This document shows, piece by piece, positions 56,405-64,000 of a stretch of DNA of 64,000 nucleotides (positions within the stretch are counted from its first letter, which is position 1; each line of letters opens with the position of its first letter). The notes beneath the pieces were generated by a model, which was not told the DNA's origin, did no database searches, and saw only the letters and a list, made by a program, of their open reading frames with translations. Source of the DNA: Alistipes sp. (GTDB lineage Bacteria; Bacteroidota; Bacteroidia; Bacteroidales; Rikenellaceae); contig JBGVMU010000003.1 in assembly GCA_045124955.1 (NCBI GenBank), forward strand, positions 85,247-149,246, read 5' to 3'. Both the position numbers and the translations under genes were made by a program.

Positions 56405-57079
56405 ATGAAAAAAATAGTTTCACTTATAGCGGTAGTTTTGCTTTTCGGTGCGATGTTCGTGTCGTGCCATCGCACTAGCACCAAATTTACGGGGGAGTCC
56501 GATACGCTCTCCTATGTTGTGGGTTTGAATGTCGGACACGCCCTTATGGAGATGGACTCGACACTCAATGTCGATGCCATTTGTGCCGCAATTCGAGATA
56601 CCTACAACGGCACCACGAAGATGACCTTGGAGGAGGCTCGTGACTACTACCTTGCCGAGAAGACCTACTTCGTTCACGAAAAGGCACAGGCTCACCAGGA
56701 GCGTTACCTCACCGATTTGAGCAAGCGTGACCGCAAGTATGTTCGCACTCGTAGTGGTGTGACCTACAAGATTTTGGAGCTTGGCGACCAGAGCCATGTG
56801 GGCTCGATGACCTCTCGTGATACGGTGAAGATTATCTACAAACTCACCGACGAGCAGGGTAGAGTAATTGTTGAGTCGGACACCCTGCGTGACTCGTACC
56901 GCAACCTGGTTAAGGGCTTGCAGGAGGTTGTGAAGTTGGCTGGCGAGGGCGCACACTTCAATGCGTGGTTGCCGTCAAAGACCGCATACGATGTCGAGGG
57001 AAACAAGGAGTTGGGTATCGAGGCAAATGTTCTGCTCAACTACGATGTTGAGATTGTCGACATAAAATACAACAGATAA
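56405..57079 (+). CDS. Degenerate FKBP-type PPIase-like lipoprotein
   Basis: Start MKKIVSL (56405), lipobox FVSC; DTLSYVVG (FKBP_N), RTRSGVTYKIL; lacks the FD and GW active-site residues. Confidence 0.8.
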   Translation: MKKIVSLIAVVLLFGAMFVSCHRTSTKFTGESDTLSYVVGLNVGHALMEMDSTLNVDAICAAIRDTYNGTTKMTLEEARDYYLAEKTYFVHEKAQAHQERYLTDLSKRDRKYVRTRSGVTYKILELGDQSHVGSMTSRDTVKIIYKLTDEQGRVIVESDTLRDSYRNLVKGLQEVVKLAGEGAHFNAWLPSKTAYDVEGNKELGIEANVLLNYDVEIVDIKYNR

Positions 57080-57141
57080 ATAAAAAATTCGTTATATTTG
57101 CACGATTTGCAAACACAAAAACAAAAAAATATAAAAAAATT

Positions 57142-58224
57142 ATGAAAAAGACTTTTATGGCAGTTGTAGCACTCGTATGTGCTGCATTGGTTTGCTCTTG
57201 CGGCAGCAAGGGTACAAAGATTACCGAGGGTAACAAGGGTGAGATGGATTCGTTGTCGTATTGCCTCGGTGCAAACATCGGTGGTGGTATCAAGCAGCAG
57301 CTTGGCGATATTCCATTCAACATCGAGGTTGTAAAGAAGGGTATGCAGGATGGCTTGACCGAGAAGGCAAAGCAGTCGCACGACGAGGCAGTAGATGTGC
57401 TCCGCACATTCTTCTCGCAGACTCTTGGCGAGCGTCGTCAGGCTTACGAGGAGGCTTACAAGGCAGACACTACCGCAGTATTCAATGTATTCGACACTGC
57501 TGAGGAGTGCGACGAGGTATCTTATGCTTTCGGTAACGATATCGGTAGCAATGTTCGCAGCAGCAACTTCGCTATCAAGTACTACTGGTTGTTGAAGGGC
57601 TTCCAAGATGCACACGAGGGTGCAACCGAGCTCTCGCAGGAGGCTATTATGGGCTTCTTGCAGCACTACTTTATGGTAACTCGTCCAACCGAGGCAGCTG
57701 AGCGTTCGGCAAAGTGGATCGAGAAGAAGGCTAAGGGCTTTGGTGCAAAGCAGACCGAGAGCGGTTTGGTTTACAAGGTTGTGAAGGCCGGCGATATGGA
57801 GAAGGCTGCAAAGAATGACGAGGATGTAGTTAAGGTACACTATGTTGGTAAGTTGCAGGATGGTACCGTATTCGATGCATCACGCTTCGAGTATCGCTCG
57901 AAGGAGCAGCAGGATATGATCCGTATGCAGCAGCCAAGCCTCTTTGACGAGAAGGGTAACCTCTTGGAGGAGGATGAGCCAATCGAGTTCCCACTCAACC
58001 GTGTAATCAAGGGTTGGACCGAGGGTATGAAGCTCGTAGGCCCAGGCGGTAAGATTAAGTTGTATATCCCTGCTGACCTTGCTTATGGTCGTCGTGGTGC
58101 AGGTCAGTTGATCGGCCCTAACGAGGCTTTGGAGTTCGAGGTTGAGCTTGTCGAGGTTACTCCTGCCGTAGTTGAGGAGGCACCAGCAGCAGAGGAGGTT
58201 ACCGCAACAGAGAATGCAAAATAG
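57142..58224 (+). CDS. FKBP-type peptidyl-prolyl isomerase lipoprotein with two FKBP_N segments
   Basis: DSLSYCLG and VSYAFG; TESGLVYKV, VHYVGKLQDGTVFDAS, VIKGWTEG, LAYG, LEFEVEL. Confidence 0.95.
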   Translation: MKKTFMAVVALVCAALVCSCGSKGTKITEGNKGEMDSLSYCLGANIGGGIKQQLGDIPFNIEVVKKGMQDGLTEKAKQSHDEAVDVLRTFFSQTLGERRQAYEEAYKADTTAVFNVFDTAEECDEVSYAFGNDIGSNVRSSNFAIKYYWLLKGFQDAHEGATELSQEAIMGFLQHYFMVTRPTEAAERSAKWIEKKAKGFGAKQTESGLVYKVVKAGDMEKAAKNDEDVVKVHYVGKLQDGTVFDASRFEYRSKEQQDMIRMQQPSLFDEKGNLLEEDEPIEFPLNRVIKGWTEGMKLVGPGGKIKLYIPADLAYGRRGAGQLIGPNEALEFEVELVEVTPAVVEEAPAAEEVTATENAK

Positions 58225-58243
58225 TAACAATTGGATAAAAAGA

Positions 58244-58284
58244 TGTGGGGGAGTGATTTTTGAGGTCGCTCCTCCACTTTTTTT
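58244..58284 (+). terminator. Terminator after the FKBP gene
   Basis: GTGGGGGAGTGAT...GTCGCTCCTCCAC followed by T7. Confidence 0.75.
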
Positions 58285-58342
58285 GATTTGCAGAGTTCTG
58301 ACGAAAAATATGGACCTAATAGGTGGTATTCTTGCGAATGCA

Positions 58343-58608
58343 CCTATTGGTCTTATTTGTCCCATTTGTCCCATAGGTCCCATTCTTCTTTCTGCGCCAT
58401 TACACCGTGCTGGGTATGATTTTTAATACCCGCCACTGTGTGTGGCAGTTCTCAACTCTCCACTCTCAACTCACTCTTGTTTTTGCACCATTACACCTTG
58501 CTGGGTATGATTTTTAATACCCGCCACTTTATGGGTATGATGTGCGATTCTTCACTCTCCACTCTCCACTCTCCACTCTCCACTCTCAACTCTCCACTCT
58601 CAACTCTT
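58343..58608. repeat. 9-mer array, 41-bp direct duplication and (CACTCTC) heptamer arrays
   Basis: 9-mers at 58343-58383; 58397-58437 matches 58488-58528 (1 mismatch); 8 heptamers at 58553-58608 overlap the downstream stop codon. Confidence 0.88.
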
Positions 58609-59200
58609 ATCTGTGGCGGTGTAGTTTCGGCAACTCGATATATTCCGTATAGACGATGTGGGTGTGAGGGTTTGACGAGGTTATCTCCTGTCGAATGGCT
58701 TTGGTGCCATAGCGGATAAACCACCAACGATGTGGCACACGATGTATCACTTGGTGCAGGGTGTCGATGCTCTCGACGAGGCATTCGACCTCGTTGTTGC
58801 GAATTGTTCCCTCGACCCTTGTCCAACTATCGCTCCACCGAAAGAGCGAGATGGTATCTCGCAAAATAATGGTGTCTGTGCGAGGTGCCACGAACTTCGT
58901 TTTGCTCTCGGTGGCGGTGGTTGCGACGCTCTCAACTCGTCGTAGTTTTATGTCGAGCGCACGAATGCGTCGTAAATCTTCGGCGTGCAGCTTGCGATAC
59001 TCGTTGAGCCGTAGTTGCAGGGCAACCACCGATGCGGCGGAGTTGTCAAGGCGTGTTTTGTAGAATTTTGTTTCGGAGGAGAGGGCCTTGCAGTTGTTGC
59101 GAAGTCGTGCAACCTCCTTGTTGTTGTGGTGCAGAATGGCCACACAAACCATAAGCAGTAGTGTCGCCACTACCGAGTAGTAGAATAGAATTTTTCTCAT
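58607..59200 (-). CDS. DUF6549-like single-TM coiled-coil protein
   Basis: Start MRKILF (59200); N-terminal TM, LRNN coiled coil, WSDSWTRVEG, DTLHQVIHRVPHRWWFIRYGTKAIRQEI. Confidence 0.65.
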   Translation of the reverse strand: MRKILFYYSVVATLLLMVCVAILHHNNKEVARLRNNCKALSSETKFYKTRLDNSAASVVALQLRLNEYRKLHAEDLRRIRALDIKLRRVESVATTATESKTKFVAPRTDTIILRDTISLFRWSDSWTRVEGTIRNNEVECLVESIDTLHQVIHRVPHRWWFIRYGTKAIRQEITSSNPHTHIVYTEYIELPKLHRHR

Positions 59201-59271
59201 ATATAAAAGGGATTTTGATGCAAATATAGTAGCACAAAATCCCTTTGTCAATATACAAAATGTAGAAAACT

Positions 59272-59976
59272 CTATCTCACCTCTCTCTCTGCTATCTTTT
59301 CGGCAATCTTCGATGCGACAAGATCCATCAGGTAGTGCGAGTCGAAAGCCTTCAACGCTACGATGCCACGATAGTCGATATAGAGCAACTCCTTTACCTT
59401 GGCGATGTCGGTCAAGAGAATCGGCTCCTTCGACACCTTTCGCCCCATACTCTTGATGACCTCGTAGGCGAGCTCCGCTTCTACACTCTCCGTCTGCGAA
59501 AAGCGTACCTCATCCTCGAATATGGCAATTGCGGTTGTGCCATCTATCGCCAAGACTTCGTCCTGCTCGTTTGCCCACAATGGCACGCCGTGATCCGTTG
59601 CCAAGGAGGTTGTGTGGTTGAGGTCGAGCAGAGCCCTCTTTGCCGAGGTGTTCTCGGTGAGTAACTCGCCCGAGATGCGACAAACAAAGGTCGAAGGGCG
59701 TATAGCACGAAGCGAAAATTCGTCGTATAGTATCGTTGCGCACACCACATCCAACTCTCCGTCGTGGTCGTATTGGATATATACGGCATTTCTCTTCTCT
59801 GCCGAGAAGTGGTTGCTATGCAATGTCTCGCCAATAACCTTGCGCAACTTGTCATGCTCCACCGAGAATGGCATAAAGAGGTGCTTGCGAGCAAGCGCAT
59901 CGAGGCGAGCATAGTGCTCCTCGAAGTGCATAGGCTCGAAGCCATTGGTGCGGATATATTCGTAAATATATGCCAT
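59272..59976 (-). CDS. Degenerate class IV aminotransferase/PabC-like protein
   Basis: Start ATG 59976 overlaps the holA stop (TAATG); HFEEHYARL and NEQDEVL patterns; no L-x-G-I-T-R motif. Confidence 0.55.
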   Translation of the reverse strand: MAYIYEYIRTNGFEPMHFEEHYARLDALARKHLFMPFSVEHDKLRKVIGETLHSNHFSAEKRNAVYIQYDHDGELDVVCATILYDEFSLRAIRPSTFVCRISGELLTENTSAKRALLDLNHTTSLATDHGVPLWANEQDEVLAIDGTTAIAIFEDEVRFSQTESVEAELAYEVIKSMGRKVSKEPILLTDIAKVKELLYIDYRGIVALKAFDSHYLMDLVASKIAEKIAEREVR

Positions 59977-61043
59977 TAGAGCATCATTATTTTGAGGATG
60001 AACTCTCGCAACAACTCTCCATTCGAGGCTCCGCCATCGTCGATACCCTTGCTCTTGGCATCGTACTCGGCACACAAACCGATAATCTTGAATACTTTGT
60101 TGTTTGGCCAGAGTGGCGCTCGTCGGCTAATCTCTTTCAGGAAATATGGCGAATTGAGTCGCATAGCACGGCACATCTCGCTCTGGTCGGGTAGTGCTAC
60201 GCCTCGACGACGGGCATCCCAACATATATAATTATAAGTAAAGAGTTGTCGGAACGAGTCGTACAACACCTTCACACTCAACAATAGCGGATAAGCCTTT
60301 GGGTTTTCGCCCATATATTGGGCTATGGTGAGAGCCTTATCTATCTGGCGGTCGAGCACAGCGTTGCTCAACTCGTAGTTGTTGAATTGGCGTGAAATGC
60401 CGATATATTGCTCGATATCCTTATCGGTAATGGTGGTCTGACCGCTCGGCAACGACACAATCATCTTCTCCAACTCGTTGCTTATCTTGGATATATCCAC
60501 GCCGAGGTGTGCCACCAAAATCTTACTCGATGAGTAGTCGAGTTTGAGTCCCTTTGTGGCAGCAAAGCCTGAGAGCCACTTCTCCGCCTCGTAATCTCGT
60601 GGCGAGATGGAGTCGAAGACCACGCCCTTAGCCTTGATGCTCTTGTAGAGCGGAGTGCGACGATCCATAGCCTTGCCCTTGTGGCACAAGACCAGAATGG
60701 TCGAGGGTTGTGGCGTTGCACAATAGGCGTTGAGCAGCTCTATTTTGTCGAGTTGCTGAGCCTCCTTCACGATTATAGCCTCGTACTCGCCCATCATAGG
60801 CAACTGACGGCAGTAGCTCGCTACCGTACCTCCGTCGGTGTCGTTTCCATAGACCACAATCTGGTTGAAGGCACGCATCGATTCATCCATAATCGACTCG
60901 GTCAAAGCATCGCACAAAGCGTCGATAAAGTAGAACTCCTCGCCCTGCAAAAGGTATATGGGAGCAAACTTTCGAGCCTTGATATCGCCCATTAAGCGGT
61001 GAAATTCGGCATCGCACGAAGCAAATGTAACTTTCTCGGCCAT
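59976..61043 (-). CDS. holA: DNA polymerase III subunit delta
   Basis: PIYLLQGEEFYFID, QLPMMGEYEAIIVKEAQ, ISNELEK, GISRQFNNYEL. Confidence 0.92.
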   Translation of the reverse strand: MAEKVTFASCDAEFHRLMGDIKARKFAPIYLLQGEEFYFIDALCDALTESIMDESMRAFNQIVVYGNDTDGGTVASYCRQLPMMGEYEAIIVKEAQQLDKIELLNAYCATPQPSTILVLCHKGKAMDRRTPLYKSIKAKGVVFDSISPRDYEAEKWLSGFAATKGLKLDYSSSKILVAHLGVDISKISNELEKMIVSLPSGQTTITDKDIEQYIGISRQFNNYELSNAVLDRQIDKALTIAQYMGENPKAYPLLLSVKVLYDSFRQLFTYNYICWDARRRGVALPDQSEMCRAMRLNSPYFLKEISRRAPLWPNNKVFKIIGLCAEYDAKSKGIDDGGASNGELLREFILKIMML

Positions 61044-61049
61044 ACTGTG

Positions 61050-62402
61050 CTATATAGAGTATTTTGTGATTTTGAGAATATTCTCGGTGTTGTTGCCTAC
61101 TCTGAAACGCTCGTCGGTGCGACGACCTACAATCCATACGATATCTTCGCCCGATACCAATACGAATTGTCGCTTGCGCTCCACGATTGGCACCTTCTGG
61201 TCGGTCAGGTAGTCGCCAACCTTCTTTCTGCCTGCCATTCCGAACGGAATAAACGAGTCGCCCTCACGCCAACGACGCAGACGAAGCGGATATTGCAACT
61301 TCGCCTCATCGAGCAGAGCCACATCGCTTGGCAGATGGTATTCATTTACATTGTCGATGTCGGTATGCTCGTAGTAGAGTACCGAATTTCCGCAGTAGGA
61401 GCGCATATCGCCACGCTCAACCACCACCTCGCAGTCGTCTTCATCCTCGATAGGAGCAATCATAATATTACCTCGGTCGAGGTATGCAACATAGTTGCGA
61501 GAGTAGAAGCGACGATCGGTAACTCCTCGCTTCAAAGCCTTGTTCAACTCCTCCACGACATCGCCCTTGAAGCCGTATGACGAGTTCAACAACTCGTAGA
61601 TGACAAAATCTCTCGGGTACATCGGGTCGATGGCTCCCACCTCGATGGTGTCTATTCCATTTTCGCTGTGCAGAGCAACCTCTCGGATGCGGTCGATTGC
61701 CACATCGATAAATCGCTGTGCGTCGTTCAGTCGGTAGAGGTTTCCACGCATCAGGGCGGTAAATCGAGGGTTTATCTCCTGTAACATTGGGAGCAAACCC
61801 AAGCGAATCTTGTTGCGCAGATACTTTGTCGAGCGATTTGACGAGTCCTCACGATAAGGTATGTTGTTTTGCAGGGCATACTCCAAGATATCCTTGCGTG
61901 TGGCGTAGAGCAGCGGGCGCACAACCCTGCCATATTGGCGATTTATGCCTGTAAGACCTCGCAAGCCCGTACCTCGCAGAAGGTTTATGAAAAATGTCTC
62001 GATAGAGTCGTTGGCGTGGTGAGCCACCGCAATTACGGCATACCCCTCCTCACGGCACAACTCGTTGAACCACTCGTAGCGCAGACGGCGAGCAGTCATC
62101 TCCATCGAGTCGCCCGTGCGTGCCATCTCGCCCTCGGTGTCGAAGCGCTTGTTGTGGCATACAATGCCCAACTTCTCGCACTCTTTCAATACCATCTCGG
62201 TGTCGGCATCGCTCTCCTCACCTCGCAAACCAAAGTTGCAGTGCGCAACACCGATATTGTAGCCCAAGCGGACAAATATCGAGAGCATAACCATCGAATC
62301 GACTCCACCCGATACGGTGAGCAGAATCTTATCCTCGTGCGAGAAGAGTTCGTGCCTCTCGACATATCTTTCGAATGCTTTTAGTAAAACCTCCGTCTGC
62401 AT
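61050..62402 (-). CDS. tilS: tRNA(Ile)-lysidine synthetase
   Basis: Start reassigned to MQTEVL (62402); VSGGVDSM, AHCNF, ARRLRY, AHHANDSIETF, RPLL, RNKIR, TilS_C region. Confidence 0.96.
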   Translation of the reverse strand: MQTEVLLKAFERYVERHELFSHEDKILLTVSGGVDSMVMLSIFVRLGYNIGVAHCNFGLRGEESDADTEMVLKECEKLGIVCHNKRFDTEGEMARTGDSMEMTARRLRYEWFNELCREEGYAVIAVAHHANDSIETFFINLLRGTGLRGLTGINRQYGRVVRPLLYATRKDILEYALQNNIPYREDSSNRSTKYLRNKIRLGLLPMLQEINPRFTALMRGNLYRLNDAQRFIDVAIDRIREVALHSENGIDTIEVGAIDPMYPRDFVIYELLNSSYGFKGDVVEELNKALKRGVTDRRFYSRNYVAYLDRGNIMIAPIEDEDDCEVVVERGDMRSYCGNSVLYYEHTDIDNVNEYHLPSDVALLDEAKLQYPLRLRRWREGDSFIPFGMAGRKKVGDYLTDQKVPIVERKRQFVLVSGEDIVWIVGRRTDERFRVGNNTENILKITKYSI

Positions 62403-62406
62403 AATA

Positions 62407-62529
62407 AAAATTATTCTGATTTGTAAATTTTGCACCTTGTGTCGGTCGTTGAGTTGCTCACATAGGCTTACTATGCTGCGCACTCATCGCCTAACAACGC
62501 ACAAAATTTCCTAAATCACCTCTAATTTT
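62407..62529. repeat. ~123-bp palindromic element, copy E (between murB and tilS)
   Basis: Core CTCACATAG-GCTTA-CTATGCTGCG, a compensatory C-G/G-C swap relative to the other copies. Confidence 0.88.
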
Positions 62530-62558
62530 TTAGTTTGTATCCAAGATACTTAATACAT

Positions 62559-62592
62559 CAATTGTCAATTGTCAATTATCAATTGTCAATTT
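62559..62592. repeat. (AATTGTC) heptamer array after the murB stop
   Basis: Four to five units ending 4 nt before the stop at 62597. Confidence 0.9.
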
Positions 62593-62596
62593 GTTT

Positions 62597-63607
62597 TTAT
62601 AAAACATTCACTTCTGGTGAAATCTCTATTCCGAACTTCTCTTTTACGGTTGCGACAACCTTGTGCGCAAAGGCGATAACCTCGCCACCCGTAGCACCTC
62701 CGAGATTTACCAAAACCAATGCCTGACGCTCGTGTACGCCGACATTACCTTCGTGGTAGCCCTTCAATCCCGACTTGTCGATAAGCCAACCTGCCGCAAG
62801 CTTCACCTTGCCCTCCTCGGCAGCAGGGTAGTGCGGCATTTCGGGGTACTCTGCCAGCAATCGCTCGGCAACCTCACGCTCTACGATGGGGTTTTTGAAG
62901 AAGCTTCCCGCATTGCCCAAAACGGCAGTGTCAGGCAACTTCGAGCGACGGATAGAGCAGATTGCATCACGAATATTTGCAAGAGTTGCGCCACCTCGTG
63001 CCTCGATTTCACGAACGACATCGCCATAGCCAAGACGAGGGTTTGCCACCTTCGACAACTCGATTTCGATGGCGGTGATGATGACACGACCCTTCAACGA
63101 GTGCTTGAATACGCTCTCTCGGTAGCCGAAACCGCAATGCTCGGCTGCGAGGGTTATGAAGTTGTTGCCCTCGACAAAGTACATATCGACGCTCTTGATT
63201 GCATCCTTCGCCTCTACGCCGTATGCACCAATATTCTGCACAGGTGCAGCACCCGCCTTGCCGGGGATAAGCGAGAGGTTTTCGATGCCCCAAAGGTTGC
63301 GCTCTACGCTCCACGCCACCAAGTCATCCCACTCGACACCTGCGCCCACCTTTACACGAACTGCCGTGTCGCTCTCGCCAATCACGGTTATGCTCTTGTC
63401 GCAAGGGGTGATAAGCAGTGCGTCGACATCCTGCGTGAAGAGGATGTTGTTGCCACCGCTCAACACATACCAACTCTCGGGTTGGTACTTCGCAAAGATT
63501 TCGGGCAACTCCTCGGCGTGGTCGAACTCCACAAGATGTTTTGCCGTTTGTCGAACATGGAACGAATTGCGCTCCGAGATGTCGATATTTTGGTAGTAGC
63601 GTATCAT
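62597..63607 (-). CDS. murB: UDP-N-acetylmuramate dehydrogenase
   Basis: LSGGNNILF, ENLSLIPG, APVQNIGAYG, FGYRESVFK, GNAGSFFKNP, QALVLVN, EVN. Confidence 0.97.
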   Translation of the reverse strand: MIRYYQNIDISERNSFHVRQTAKHLVEFDHAEELPEIFAKYQPESWYVLSGGNNILFTQDVDALLITPCDKSITVIGESDTAVRVKVGAGVEWDDLVAWSVERNLWGIENLSLIPGKAGAAPVQNIGAYGVEAKDAIKSVDMYFVEGNNFITLAAEHCGFGYRESVFKHSLKGRVIITAIEIELSKVANPRLGYGDVVREIEARGGATLANIRDAICSIRRSKLPDTAVLGNAGSFFKNPIVEREVAERLLAEYPEMPHYPAAEEGKVKLAAGWLIDKSGLKGYHEGNVGVHERQALVLVNLGGATGGEVIAFAHKVVATVKEKFGIEISPEVNVL

Positions 63608-63635
63608 TTTGTTATCGTAGCACTATTTTATAGTG

Positions 63636-63895
63636 CAAAGATAATAAAATGAGCGGAAAACGGAAAACGGAAAGCGGAAAACTTTTAATTTAGAGAGTAG
63701 TGAGTAGTTAAAAACTTTCAGCGCTCCCTATCAAGCAGTTGCAAACTGCGCCTCTTATCAAGGGCGTAGCCCGCCTCCTATCAAGCACCGTAGGTGCGCC
63801 TCCTATAATCGTTGCGCCGAGATAAGGGTAGGAGTTCGCAAGCCGCAAAAAAAAGGAGAGTCGATCTCTCAACTCTCCACTCTAAACTCTCAACT
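63636..63895. repeat. murB promoter followed by a composite repeat homologous to 54736-55270
   Basis: TATCTTTG on the minus strand at 63636-63643; (RCGGAAA)x4 at 63653-63682; AGWGAGT units; scaffold at 63710-63840 with three ATCAAG-hairpin units; (CTCTCMA) array at 63866-63895. Confidence 0.88.
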
Positions 63896-63901
63896 GCTCT
63901 A

Positions 63902-64000
63902 TTACTGTGCAGGTGCCTCTGGCGCAACCTCTGCCTGTGGGCAAGCCTGTGGGCAAGCCTTTGGGCACTCAGCCTTCTTCTCGCACTCTACGCACTCGGT
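63902..64000 (-). CDS. C-terminal 32 aa of a gene entering from the right edge (Cys-rich tail)
   Basis: TECVECEKKAECPKACPQACPQAEVAPEAPAQ*; codon usage matches the host genes. Confidence 0.65.
   Translation of the reverse strand, partial: TECVECEKKAECPKACPQACPQAEVAPEAPAQ

Noticed and set aside
62403-62483. N-terminal extension of tilS (likewise the EEP extension 8951-9112 and adaptor extension 52230-52301)
   Set aside because: They derive from a palindromic element, an overlapping upstream gene or promoter DNA; downstream ATGs give canonical N-termini.
1102-63652. Long antisense ORFs in the track (e.g. 3187-4428, 4843-6033, 8799-10070, 20799-22787, 27809-29092, 53065-54699, 62663-63652)
   Set aside because: They mirror well-supported genes on the other strand and have no motifs; they are expected shadows of strong codon bias.
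1-64000. tRNA/rRNA genes, IS transposases, integrases, prophage, stop-codon reassignment
   Set aside because: None recognised by eye; core genes end normally at TAA, TAG or TGA. A short divergent RNA gene could have been missed without tRNAscan/Infernal.

Overview
Bacteroidota chromosome window, most likely Rikenellaceae/Alistipes-like (TAnnTTTG promoter boxes, SusC/SusD, futalosine-pathway mqnC). All family names come from motif recognition by eye; no database searches were run. Bases 1-15.6 kb hold one minus-strand surface-protein locus: an unannotated 48-aa peptide, two fimbrillin/type V pilin-like lipoproteins with lectin-type (FISUMP-like) heads, a BACON lipoprotein, an EEP-family hydrolase, SusC/SusD and two BACON+DUF5689-like lipoproteins. 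It contains no recognisable CAZyme. Its promoter lies between inverted homopolymer repeats and faces a divergent PHP phosphoesterase. The rest is mostly housekeeping genes (mlaEF, mreBCD-mrdA-rodA, pgi, rpmE2, serS, U32 hydroxylase, rnr, mqnC, rimM, rpsP, RND/MATE efflux, cinA, pyrD-like, pdxB, FKBPs, holA, tilS, murB). The most unusual signal is intergenic: (i) many different 7-nt tandem arrays that follow a position and strand rule relative to stop codons and promoters; (ii) a conserved scaffold carrying interchangeable 9-mer, 10-mer or hairpin cargo; (iii) a five-copy ~123-bp palindrome with compensatory base changes; (iv) REP-like doublets. No transposase, recombinase, reverse transcriptase, CRISPR array, tRNA or rRNA gene was found.
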